64,000 bases of DNA. Source: Lepidodermella squamata (taxonomy: Eukaryota > Animalia > Gastrotricha). The position numbers and the translations under genes were made by a program. The stretch lies in NCBI GenBank assembly GCA_047495785.1, contig JBLDXI010000003.1, positions 1,736,001-1,800,000 of the forward strand, in the 5' to 3' direction. Shown in pieces: positions 1 to 28,970 of this stretch. Under the pieces are notes generated by a model. It was not told the DNA's origin and ran no database searches. It worked only from the letters and a program-made list of their open reading frames with translations. The first letter of the stretch is position 1. Each line of letters opens with the position of its first letter.

Positions 1-739
1 GGCGCTGATCGAGATTCAGATTCTTTTTCATCCAACTCATTTTCATGGAATTCATTTTCGGGCAGAACGACGACGGACTGCCCTTGTATTCAACCCCAAA
101 AACAGCCTTATTAGCCGCTATGAACGTATTTGTGTACCTGCCACATTCGTTATACTGATTGCATTGCTCGCTCAAGGCCCAATCGAAATCATTGACGAGC
201 GACGAGAGTTGGTCCAAGTCGTTCTTCAGGCCTACGCTCAGCCCGTAGCTATGTGCCGTAGTTGCCAGCCATTTGTTGAAATTCAGCTGATCCGCTGCTG
301 TTACTGGGAAACCAGGGTTTGCATCGTAGGAATCTACGTTATCTGGCTCAACGCCGTCACATTTTTTCCGGGTTGCGAGCTCAAGTCGCCATTTCAGAGC
401 TCGTTTTACAGCTTCACTTCGAACATCTAGCCACCTCTCTCCTGGCCATTCATCGAGGCTATTGCCGATACTGGCTGAGGTGAAGTTATTTTTGTCCGGA
501 CGCCAGTTTTCATGTGTTCCGGCTGAGAAGTAGCAGATGACGATACGGCCATCGCGATGCAACTTGTCGATAACAGATTGAGGCGCATCGAACAGGTCGA
601 TGTCGTACATGGCCACGTTGTAGGACGTGTTGATTGTGCCTGTCAGCTGCCATTGCCATGTCGTAAGAGGCTTCGGCTGCCAAATAGCAGTGCTCGCGCC
701 GAAAACTAGGAAAGTCAAGTAAAAAATGTAGCGTATCAT
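1..739 (-). CDS. Secreted GH114 endo-alpha-1,4-galactosaminidase-like protein (3' end runs off the window; not in ORF track)
   Basis: Hand translation from ATG at 739: MIRYIFYLTFLVFGASTAIWQPKPLTTWQWQLTG...YDIDLFD...VICYFSAGTHENWRPD...CDGVEPDNVD...GLKND...ALSEQC...AVFGVEY. GH114 motifs, no intron seen. Confidence 0.9.
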   Translation of the reverse strand, partial: MIRYIFYLTFLVFGASTAIWQPKPLTTWQWQLTGTINTSYNVAMYDIDLFDAPQSVIDKLHRDGRIVICYFSAGTHENWRPDKNNFTSASIGNSLDEWPGERWLDVRSEAVKRALKWRLELATRKKCDGVEPDNVDSYDANPGFPVTAADQLNFNKWLATTAHSYGLSVGLKNDLDQLSSLVNDFDWALSEQCNQYNECGRYTNTFIAANKAVFGVEYKGSPSSFCPKMNSMKMSWMKKNLNLDQR

Positions 740-1008
740 TTCAGCTGGCATAAAAAAAGCCGAATAACGCCGCTATTTACCTGGTTTTTAGTCGTGTTCA
801 TAACATCCGAGGGTTTGTTTAACTAGCACTGCTAAGTAAATAAACGTTATATCTGAGGGTGGAAACAGAGAATGATGAGTATTGCTATTGTTTCAGCCAA
901 GGATTACGCATTTTGACTCGGTTGTTTCCAGGGTTAAATTTGGCAAAATATCTTTCCTCGGGTGATACGGGGAAACCGAGAAGCAGAGTATCGAATCGAA
1001 TTATGTCA

Positions 1009-1080
1009 GGCTCAGTAGCTTAGTGGTAGAGCGTCTGTCTCGTAAACAGAAGATCGCGGGTTCAATTCCCGCCTGGGCCT
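1009..1080 (+). tRNA. tRNA-Thr(CGT)
   Basis: Cloverleaf GGCTCAG...CTGGGCC-T; anticodon arm TCTGT-CT-CGT-AA-ACAGA; intact T arm. Confidence 0.95.
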
Positions 1081-1159
1081 AGCGATGAATCATTTTTTAG
1101 CGAAAGTTGAACATTATCTTAATGAAAATTAAAAATAAATACGGGCAAAATAATGAGCT

Positions 1160-1230
1160 TGCATCGGCCGGGAATCGAACCCGGGCCTCCCGCGTGGCAG
1201 GCGAGAATTCTACCACTGAACCACCGATGC
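1160..1230 (-). tRNA. tRNA-Gly(GCC)
   Basis: Reverse complement GCATCGGTGGTTCAGTGGTAGAATTCTCGCCTGCCACGCGGGAGGCCCGGGTTCGATTCCCGGCCGATGCA. Confidence 0.95.
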
Positions 1231-2079
1231 CTTGCTGGAGTCCTTACCTTAGTAGCGGTCTATTTCGCTAACATGTTAGTTACCTGAAGTTAGTTGCCTG
1301 AGTGCAACGACCTCAGTCATAGGGCAACACGGTAATACGTGCGCGCGCGTGTGGCAGCGATGTAGTTATGTTTCCTTCATTTTATACTGGCCCCTCTTTG
1401 CGAGCAGGCCGTATTGTTGCTTGGATTTACTGTTTATTGTATTAGCATTCATTTCATGCGGACTACTTAGGTTAAGGTTAGCAATTTTAGCAAGAAGCTC
1501 AATAAAAATGCATCTCTTAACTTCTGCTATCTGCCATCCTTACCTCGGCACTGCAGTCCTATAAGCATCCCGAACAATCAAATTGAGTCGGAACCCGCAT
1601 GATTAGGCTCACGGAATCGAAAAACTGGCCTCATCCCTTTTGGGGTTTCGTCACTAATAAAGTTAAAATTAGCATGAAATTTATTAATCTTGAACTGCTC
1701 GCGCAATCTGATTGGAATCAGAGTTGCTAGTTAAGTGTGAAGTATGCCAGTATGCTGCATCAACTCAGTAAAAAATGATCTCCTCTACTTTTTGAACGCT
1801 CAATTTGCATAGCTGACTTGGGTTCGAAAGTCGAAAGAGCAGTATTAAAGCTCTGATTTCGTTAGTTGTCGGGGATCATCGGCATCCCATATATGAAATG
1901 GCGATTACTGACAGCAGCTAATCACTCAAGGACGTATATCAGTGTTTCCATTGAGTGCGAAAGTAATACTGCTCAACCCGAACAGCGACCTAATATTTAC
2001 CCAGACCGTGTTATGTAAACAAGTCCGTGCAGATATTACCCGCAATTTAGGAAACGAAAACAGTCATTCACCTAAAAAA

Positions 2080-2877
2080 ATGCACAGATTATCAGCCCTT
2101 CTCATTTTGACTTTAGGTTGCGCTGCCCAGGCAGAGATCTGGCGGCCGGCGCCGACGACAACGTGGCAATGGCAGCTGACCGGAACTATTGACACGTCCT
2201 ACAACGTGACGATGTATGACGTTGATTTGTTCGATACAGACCAAACTGTCATCGACAAGTTGCACCGTGATGGCCGAATCGTCATTTGCTACTTCTCTGC
2301 TGGTTCATGGGAGAACTGGCGTCCGGATAAGAAAAACTTCTCCGCTGCAGTTATCGGCAAGCCTATGGACGGCTGGCCCGGAGAGAAGTGGTTCGACGTC
2401 CGCAGCGAAGCCTTGAAAGCTCCCCTGCGTTGGCGTTTGCAACTGGCCAAGAGCAAAAAGTGTGATGGCGTTGAGCCGGACAACATGGATTCCTACAACG
2501 TCGGCAAGGCCTCTGGGTTCCCGACTACGGCCGACGACCAGCTGAAGTTCAACAAATGGATAGCACTTGAGGCTCATGCTCTCCAACTCAGCGTTGGTCT
2601 GAAGAATGACATCAGACATCTGCCCGATCTTGTCGAGTACTATGACTGGGCACTGAGCGAGCAATGCCATTACTTCGAAGAATGCGGCGGCTACAGCAAC
2701 ACGTTCATCAAAAACAACAAAGCCGTATTTGGCGTCGAATATGAAGGCGATCCTGCTGTGTTCTGCAAGAAAGCTAACGCTGCTAAGTTGAGTTGGTTGA
2801 AGAAAAATCATGACAATCTGGACGCTCGACGTGTCGATTGCCAGGACCCCAAAACCTGGAGTGTCAATGTCGCCTAG
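2080..2877 (+). CDS. Secreted GH114 endo-alpha-1,4-galactosaminidase-like protein
   Basis: Signal peptide MHRLSALLILTLGCAAQA; motifs WQWQL, YDVDLFD, ICYFSAGSWENWRPD, DGVEPDNMD, GLKND, SEQC, VEY; intronless. Confidence 0.92.
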   Translation: MHRLSALLILTLGCAAQAEIWRPAPTTTWQWQLTGTIDTSYNVTMYDVDLFDTDQTVIDKLHRDGRIVICYFSAGSWENWRPDKKNFSAAVIGKPMDGWPGEKWFDVRSEALKAPLRWRLQLAKSKKCDGVEPDNMDSYNVGKASGFPTTADDQLKFNKWIALEAHALQLSVGLKNDIRHLPDLVEYYDWALSEQCHYFEECGGYSNTFIKNNKAVFGVEYEGDPAVFCKKANAAKLSWLKKNHDNLDARRVDCQDPKTWSVNVA

Positions 2878-3236
2878 AACACTGTGGCATCCTACTTCGG
2901 ATAAAGTCCCGCATATCCTAACAATAACCTTTCTTCTCCTATGAAATTGATTAACTGCAAATCCCAGTGAGGAACAGGTAACAGGTGGAGTGCAATTAAT
3001 GCCCCCAAATAAATAAGAATATTCCCTATTCCCATCTTTTCAAATGTTGCAGAAGTTATCTCTGTTTGTGGATTCCGAGCTTAAGCTTTTATTAATAAGC
3101 TGATGACGTTTGGGCATGACTTCCAGGGTAACCAAATAATTAGAAGAAACTTCACAACCTACCACATTGGAAGGCTGCTTTAAGGAAAAACGTCAGGTTT
3201 TAATGCCTGGTTCCCCCGGCATTCGAACATCATTGA

Positions 3237-3308
3237 GGCTCAGTAGCTTAGTGGTAGAGCGTCTGTCTCGTAAACAGAAGATCGCGGATTCAATTCCCGC
3301 CTGGGCCT
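3237..3308 (+). tRNA. tRNA-Thr(CGT), T-stem/B-box variant (G53>A), possibly impaired
   Basis: Same as 1009-1080 except GCGGATTC instead of GCGGGTTC. Confidence 0.85.
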
Positions 3309-3394
3309 AACGATGAATCCATTTTTAGCCAATATTGAATATTGAAGATTATTTTAATGAAAATTAAAAATAAATACGGGCAAAATAATGCGCT

Positions 3395-3465
3395 TGCATC
3401 GGCCGGGAATCGAACCCGGGCCTCCCGCGTGGCAGGCGAGAATTCTACCACTGAACCACCGATGC
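3395..3465 (-). tRNA. tRNA-Gly(GCC)
   Basis: Same sequence as 1160-1230. Confidence 0.95.
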
Positions 3466-3624
3466 CTTGCTTACACATCATCTTGGCAAAGCGAGTGTGT
3501 TAAGTGACCACATGCGTGATATAAAAAACCAACGGCGCTGAGTCGGTAAACATTTACCTTTTCTCTTATAAAAGATGCGCATATGTGCAGTGTTATAACG
3601 GTTATGCTACCTTAATAACATGTC

Positions 3625-3696
3625 GGTTCCATGGTGTAGCGGTTAGCACTCTGGACTCTGAATCCAGCGACTCGAGTTCGATTCTCGATGGGACCT
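3625..3696 (+). tRNA. tRNA-Gln(CTG)
   Basis: GGTTCCA...TGGGACC-T; anticodon arm CTGGA-CT-CTG-AA-TCCAG; T-run downstream. Confidence 0.95.
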
Positions 3697-3827
3697 GAAC
3701 ATTTTTAAGCTCATAAATTCTTTGCACATTTTTTTTTATTTCCAGACTTATACATAACTATTAAGCAGTTCGTCATGAGGTTGGAATAAAGCAATAAAAG
3801 ATGACTATTTTTCATTCAAAAAATTAA

Positions 3828-14441
<10,614 letters not shown>

Positions 14442-14956
14442 TTCAGGATGGAATTTTCTAGATCGTAAAATAAACCCTTTTCTTGAATGAGTAAAATGCC
14501 GTGACTTTGTGTAAAATTGCTACTCACCGGTTTTGCGGACTTTGTGTGATAAGGTTATTATCTTTTTGAACTACTTACTAACAATTTGCAACACATGATG
14601 CAATGAGACGCAAGGGCGATCGTTTTCCTAGTACATACAAAGTGTTCTAGACTTGATTCATAGCTCTAGGTTTTTACTACGTACGTACTAGTGCGTATAT
14701 TCATGAATGAGGGAAAAAAATCGATAAATAAATTTATTTTAGCGGGCTTTTTGGCGCTATGAATCAGCAATATCTCGCACTGAATTAATTGATTAAAATA
14801 TGCATAATATAATTCAGATTAAATTTATAGCTGACTTGTAGAAATTAAAACGATCAGAAAGGGAAAATTAGGTGCTAGTCATGTCCCGGATTGAAATTTT
14901 TCAAAAATAATTAAGAAATAAAAAAAATGAAAAAAAATAAAACGAAAAACTGAGCT

Positions 14957-15001
14957 TGCATCGGCCGGGAATCGAACCCGGGCCTCCCGCGTGGCAGACG
15001 A
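14957..15001 (-). pseudogene. 3' half of tRNA-Gly(GCC), truncated at the anticodon arm
   Basis: Matches the 3' part of 27551-27621, then homology ends abruptly. Confidence 0.85.
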
Positions 15002-16247
15002 ATATCAAGCATATAGGTGAGGTTGTCCCAGATTTGATGATGAGCGCCGCAACTTTGTATTTTCCTTTTCTATGAAAACTCCAATCAACGGCGTCAAGAT
15101 CCGTTAATTGGCCACTTTTGAATTGGCGATTTGGTTGATTTGGTTGGCTCCACATCAAGCGTACAAGGTTGATCCACATCAAGGTTGGTCCATAAGCGTA
15201 CGCAGGGATATTCAGCGTTTTTTCAGGTAGAAAAAATGTTTTGAAATAATTTATCGCATTTTTATTTGAATGAAATTGAATTTAAATGTTCACCTTTTTT
15301 CTTTGTCGTTGCTTGACGATATTTTACCTGGGCTGAGCTTCCTGGATTGCTCTCGATATTTGCTATTCTGATATTCTTGGCTCACTTGTTGAGCATTTTT
15401 ATTATCCATCAGTCTCAAAGCTTAGCTGCTAAGGCCACGGAAATGTTGTTACAATATGCAAACCAAATAATCTTCTGCGACATTTTGTAGCCCCTCTTGC
15501 ATCTATTATATCCCGGAAAATAAAATACCCGTTTAAATATTAGTCGACATAAGCGGATGATATCGCAGAACTGTATCGCCATTTTTCAATTATTAATCAC
15601 AAGTTAATTAACTTAATTATAACTTATTTTTCCTCGTTCCTTTTTTCTGCTGTAGCCCTCACGATAATAATTGCCTATTCTTATAGTAGCCCGTGTGGAA
15701 GTGTCAAGTCGATAAATTCATCAGCGAGCCATCGGCAAATAAATTTAGAATTTAGAATTCTTCGAAATTTCGAGATTCAGCCTGGATTAAAGCCATATTT
15801 TTTCGACACCCTGATCAGTTTTCTTGTTTTATATATCAGGGTTTCTCAACGTCTAAACATTTTCGACCCCAAAATAAAAATTCTTTACCAGCCTGCGATC
15901 GCTAGCCATTTTTGGCCTTTTTCCAGTGTAAGGAAACATGCTTTCAAGCTGCGAAATATCACCCAATTTACATCATTTTTCCAATCTTCAGCCTTAACAT
16001 GTGATCGGCTCTCAGTCGGCAGTCGGATAAAATTGGATGCGAGCGAAGGGAGCTTCAGCTATCCCTATTTTTGAGGATTTTTCCCGGAAGAGTGGCTAAA
16101 AATAAACCAAATTTTGAAAAAATTGTAACCATCAAATGTTACAAAATATTCCGAAAAATCGAAAAAGCTATCCTTCATATCTACGAATCAATCGATTTTT
16201 TGCTTGCTATTTGAATTCGCTGAATTTGCAAAAATAACCGGATAAAC

Positions 16248-17122
16248 CAAATCTGTCGCCCAAAATTAAATAAGTGCGCACACATAGTAAATAACGTCGC
16301 CCATGTTGCGTAATCGCCGCCCTCAAAATCAAAATGTGCGCCCCAAGTGCGCGCCTCAAAATATAACAGCGGTCAATGCGTGAATGCAGGTTTCATCGGC
16401 TTGGATGCTGGATCACTTTTTTTTACAAAATTATGCGAATAGTTTAATGGAATATAGCGGCCCGGTGGTTGATGTAAGGAATTCAATTCAGATTACTTGA
16501 AATTAGTCCTACAAGGCTGAAATGATATTTTCTGATGAGAAATCTTACAACCGATCATTAGTTCTAATGGCTAATTGCATTTGAATGTACATATATTCGC
16601 CTTTAAGCCCGCTGTTCCGCCATTTGACTGCGCCTCGGGCCTGCTAGCCTTCAGAGTGACAACCACCCATGATATCCACCCGAATATTACATATCACCCA
16701 GTAATATTTCCGGGTTTTTTGTTGGACAGACCAGCATTTCTCTCAAGCTTGTCAAGAAGGTCAGGAAGGTGCGATTAAACCGGTCAATAACCTTACTACT
16801 ATGGTAACCGATCAGGTGGGATCCTGGCTTTTGGCTTTGCGCGACATATAGGCACTAAAGTTAAAGTTAAGCAGCAGTTAAAACATGGTGAACATATCCT
16901 TATTCCGTCCTGAAAACCATGCGAAAAAAAATTCAGCGACTCAGGCTTCAAATGGGGCGACATTATTTAATTTAAGGCGGCGTATTTTAAAATGCGTGCG
17001 GCATAGCGTGTTGTAGCGCGGCGTTGCGTGAACGTGGGCGCGGATTACGCAACCAGCGCGCACTTCTTTATTTAAGGGCGCAAAACTGGGGCGCACTTAT
17101 TTAATTATGGGCGACAGATTTG
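16248..17122. mobile_element. Non-autonomous TIR element (MITE)
   Basis: ~32-bp TIR CAAATCTGTCGCCCAAAATTAAATAAGTGCGC with an inverted copy at ~17091-17122. Confidence 0.75.
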
Positions 17123-18008
17123 TACTCACCTAAAAATAACGAAATTAAAAACATGGAGAAATAATTATGATAAGTCGATTTTTTTCCTTAGTGTTCAGCT
17201 TGAAAAATAGTTTAAATCCATCGAAATAAAATGTACAGGTCCAAAATTTCCGTAACCCTACACAACACAACAAAATTTGCATGTGCCTACGTTAGAAGCT
17301 AACAGTAGCAGCTAGAGATTTACGTCATGTATCATTTTAATCAAATTTTGAAAATTTCGAAGCTATCCAGAATTTTTAATATTAAAAAATCGCAATCTTG
17401 CATTTTTTGTATTTTGAAACTTTTGAAAAATAATTAAAAATCAACCGTGCCCGATACTGCGCTGCAAACTTTATCTAGACTCGCGTCATTCTAAATACAG
17501 TGGAACCCGATACTTTGCACGGGAAATTGCGTCATGTAAATATTTAAGAGCGACTTGGACCCCCAGAGGGCAATTGCACGCAAAATTACCGTTACAGGTT
17601 TTATTAGGCGCATAACGGAGCTAACGTTTTTTGCAAACAGCCGATATTGCTGCTACTGCTGACTTATCCGGAAAATCTAATAACAATGTAAAACCATTAT
17701 TCGCATTGAGCTTTTATCTGTGATTTTATATTTTATTTTTCTGATTTTCTGATTTAGTTTAAGCTGAACAGATATTTTGTTGCTTGCACCTTAAGCACCG
17801 TGGGTTTTCCGGGGTTACCACCGTGGTATTTTCACACAGCACCTCGCACCCTGCGCTCACTCATATGAAAAACTCCAGAATATTCCTGGCCTAAAAAATG
17901 CCAGAATATTCATTTTATCTGTATTTTATTTGCAATTTCTAATATTTTATTTTATTGACAATTTGACATAGTATTCAAATCGCAAGAACAGCTCTGCTTC
18001 GTGAAGAT

Positions 18009-18554
18009 TTGCGGTTATCTGAACGCGATCTGCCCACTCAAGAGGCCGAAGATTTCTTCAAGGAAACAATCAGCAAACGCCCTTTGGTTAAGAAAGCTGT
18101 TCGTCAAGCGAATAAAACTTCAATTTGGAACCCTGGTCGTCCTATGGCTCTGACTGTTGCTAAAACTACCCGTTTGCGAACTTTGATAAGTAAAGAAATC
18201 GTGGAATTGTACCCATTCAAATCAGCTAGATTCCCTCACTGTGCCCTAAACGGATCATCTTACGTGAGACTAAAAGATGAGCGCTTCGTAAAATGTGAAC
18301 ATTTCTTTGTGCTGAGCGATGCGAATGTGGCAGTTGAGCAACAAGTTTACCTCAGCTTCCATAACTGCAATGTGCGTCTTGTACCAGGTAGTAATTACGT
18401 ATTTGTCCTCGAATCTTCAAATCAAAGCGATCTACAATTTTGTGAATTTCCTCAAAGCTTTCATCGACACTGCGTTGTAATGAAAAGCCTGAAAGAAAAT
18501 TCGAATGATATTACGTACATTATGCCTGACTTTCTGATTACGCATGACCTGTGA
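18009..18554 (+). mobile_element. Possible C-terminal remnant of a CACTA/EnSpm-type transposase
   Basis: SYVRLKDERFVK...HCVVM...YIMP resembles CACTA transposase C-termini (from memory); no ATG start and no catalytic core. Confidence 0.3.
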
Positions 18555-19146
18555 AATGCTTCTCACCAATTTTTCAGGTTAGATCGGTCTGAGTTTGCCG
18601 TTCTGCTTTAAAGCTATGTAGCTGAAGATTTTGTGTGATCCCTAGTTTTGAGTTGCTCCAACTCGAGGATATCATCGAGCTTGTAATTGTATTATATACA
18701 TATAAAACAATGTGGTGGTGTCGGCGATCCTACTGCCGATAATGTCCCTCATAACCTGACAATACCCTTTCTCCTCCTCTGAAATTGATTAACATAAAAA
18801 TCCCAACGAGGAACAGGTGGATTGTAATTAATGCCCCCAAAATAAATAAGGATATTCCCAACATTTCGAATTTTGAACATCGTTTTGACTGATGACCAGA
18901 AGCGTGATTTTCAATGTTGGCTAGAGAATTCAACGCTCCTGGTAAATTCCGAGTGCAAAACTATTTGACCCCAGAACGGAAAATCACAAAATAAATTGGC
19001 TCTCCACATATAGATATCGAATTTCGAAAGTTAGCAAACTACGATTTCCATGGCTTAAAGAGTTCCAATTGATTGAGCCAGAATAATATGGTTGATCTTT
19101 TCATGTCATTTGTTGAACCTTGCTGTTTCGGCCCAACGTCATATGA

Positions 19147-19218
19147 GGCTCAGTAGCTTAGTGGTAGAGCGTCTGTCTCGTAAACAGAAGATCGCGGGTT
19201 CAATTCCCGCCTGGGCCT
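19147..19218 (+). tRNA. tRNA-Thr(CGT)
   Basis: Same sequence as 1009-1080. Confidence 0.95.
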
Positions 19219-19308
19219 AGTGATTATTCATTTTTAAGGTAAGACTTCAGACTATTAATTGTCGAATGTAAAGAAAATTCAAAAAATTAAGCGACAAAAT
19301 AATGAGCT

Positions 19309-19379
19309 TGCATCGGCCGGGAATCGAACCCGGGCCTCCCGCGTGGCAGGCGAGAATTCTACCACTGAACCACCGATGC
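19309..19379 (-). tRNA. tRNA-Gly(GCC)
   Basis: Same sequence as 1160-1230. Confidence 0.95.
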
Positions 19380-19537
19380 CGTGCTTACACATCAGCTTGG
19401 CAAAGTGAGCGTGTTTAGTGACCACATGCGTGATATAATAGCCAACGGCGCTGAGTAGGTAAACATTTACCTTTTCTCTTATAAAAGATGCGCATATGTG
19501 CAGTGTTATAACGGTTATGCCTCCTTAATAACATGTC

Positions 19538-19609
19538 GGTTCCATGGTGTAGCGGTTAGCACTCTGGACTTTGAATCCAGCGACTCGAGTTCGATTCTCG
19601 ATGGGACCT
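19538..19609 (+). tRNA. tRNA-Gln(TTG)
   Basis: Same as 3625-3696 except anticodon TTG at 19571-19573. Confidence 0.95.
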
Positions 19610-19736
19610 GTACATTTTTAGCCACACCGTAAATTATTTGCAATTTTTTTATTTCCAGACTAATAACTATTAAGCAGTTCGTCATGAGGTTGGAATAAAG
19701 CAATAAAAGATGACTATTTTTCATTTAAACAATTAA

Positions 19737-27040
<7,304 letters not shown>

Positions 27041-27550
27041 TTCAGGCTGAAATTTTTCGGGTTTTTCTGATCGTAAAATAAACCCTTTTTCTTGAATGAG
27101 TAAAATGCGGTATCTAACTGTGTGTAAAATTGCTACACACCGGTTTTGCGGACTTTTAGTGTGATAAGGTTCTTATCTTTTTGAACTACTTTTTGACCTA
27201 ATTTGCAACATATGATGCAATGATTGCAGGACACACACAGCAGGGCGATAGTTTTCGTAGTAGTACAAAGTGTTCTAGACTTGATTCATAGCTCTAGGTT
27301 TTTACTACGTATCTACTACTAGTGCGTATATGCATGAATGAGGGGAAAAAATCGATGAATAAATTTATTTTAGCTGACATTATTTTTTTGGCGATGAATG
27401 AGCAATATCTCGCACTAAATTCATTTATTGCAGATAATTCGGATTAATTTTATAGATGACTGCGAGAAATTAAAAAACTTATGGAAAATTACGGATTGCA
27501 ATTTTGCAAAAAATAAAAATTGAAAAAAAATAAAGCGAAAAAAATGAGCT

Positions 27551-27621
27551 TGCATCGGCCGGGAATCGAACCCGGGCCTCCCGCGTGGCAGGCGAGAATT
27601 CTACCACTGAACCACCGATGC
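27551..27621 (-). tRNA. tRNA-Gly(GCC)
   Basis: Same sequence as 1160-1230. Confidence 0.95.
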
Positions 27622-27981
27622 CTTGCTGTTAATCGTGACTGCTATATTGACCTAATTACTCAGCACACAGTGAGAGGTAAAACAACAATGCTGTAGTTAC
27701 AGCAACTATGCGCTGCCGCGAGCTGGTGGAGAATGAGCGGACCTATGGTTTCATTTTTCATACAGCTGAATGACACAGAAAGGAGGGCTATAATTGTCTG
27801 AATAATTAGGCCGTTCTTATTCCGTTGTTTTCAACATTAATTAAGCGGAAATCAACAATTCGACATCGCAGCAAAATATCAGTGGCCAAGTTATATATTA
27901 ACGCCGAGTTAGCCCTACAAATTATCATCATTCTGTTTTCCAATTTCGGTTTAAAATTTTTTCGCAACTTTCATCGCCAAA

Positions 27982-28480
27982 ATGCGTGCTTTCCTCGCTA
28001 TCGCAATCATCGTCTTGTTGGGACTGGGTAATTTTCCTATGATTGCTAGTTGAATGTAGGAGATTTTCATCTTTATTTCTTTTAGCCTATTCTGAGGCCA
28101 AGGTGTGGAATGTCGAGTCGAAGGAGATGCACCGCAACTACCACAAGAGCACCAGTGTCTCGGCGAGCCGGTCCTTCGAGAAGAACCGCAAGGCCTTCGG
28201 CAAGTGGCGAGCCGCCCCGAAGCGCCACCACGGCAAGAAGTTCGGCCGCAAGGTGAACAAACGCCGCGGCTCCTACTCGAAATCGGTCTCCGTCTCGGTC
28301 TCGTTCTCTGGCAACAAGCGCAACTACGGCGGTCGCAAGTTCGGGCGTCACGGCAAGAAGGCCGGCAACAGGTGGGGCCACAACTTCGGCAACAAGTTCG
28401 GCTACAACTTCAACCGAAAGGGCAAGGGCAACAAGAAGGGCTCGTACTCGTACAGCAAGTCGGTCAGCGCTTCAAAATAG
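27982..28480 (+). CDS. Secreted, highly cationic Lys/Arg/Gly/Ser-rich protein (exons 27982-28027 and 28086-28480; 146 aa)
   Basis: Signal peptide MRAFLAIAIIVLLGLAYSEA spans a 58-nt GT-AG intron; strongly C/G-ending codons; AATAAA at ~28539. Confidence 0.85.
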
Positions 28481-28970
28481 ACAACAAATTGCTGTTGAAA
28501 AACTTCATAAATCAACTTGTATCAAGATGAATAATTGCAATAAAGTTTTCTATTTTTCCGATATTTTATTTTTAAATAATATTTTTCTTCGTTATGCTTA
28601 AGATCGATAACATGGATATCTCCCTAAAAGAGATTAATTAAAAATGGGATTCCTCCCAAAAATTTAATCGTTGAAATCAGTCAACACTTCTTTCTCCAAT
28701 GGCAATTTGGGACTAAGTTTGAGACTAAAGACTAAAAGGAAGAAATGTGGTTTTACAAAACATATTCATTCATGCCACATTTGAAATGAATACCGAATAT
28801 CAAGCGCCCGTGTGATGACTTCGCCTGTCATTCATTGATTTTATTTTAGTTTCACGTTCAATAGCAAAGATAACACGTGCCGCAATTCGTTGATTTCACG
28901 CAGCTCATGGTGGATTCGAATAATATTTCTGATTTCGAATAACATTACTGGGCTTTTCGAATTTTGGACG

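Noticed and set aside
1-2877. Bacterial contamination as the source of GH114
   Set aside because: Contiguous with eukaryotic CCA-less tRNA genes, and its 3' flank is part of the ABCC segmental duplication
28082-28530. Overlapping alternative-frame and antisense ORFs
   Set aside because: Shadows of GC-rich codon bias; the same applies to ORFs overlapping GH114, ABCC and ankyrin exons
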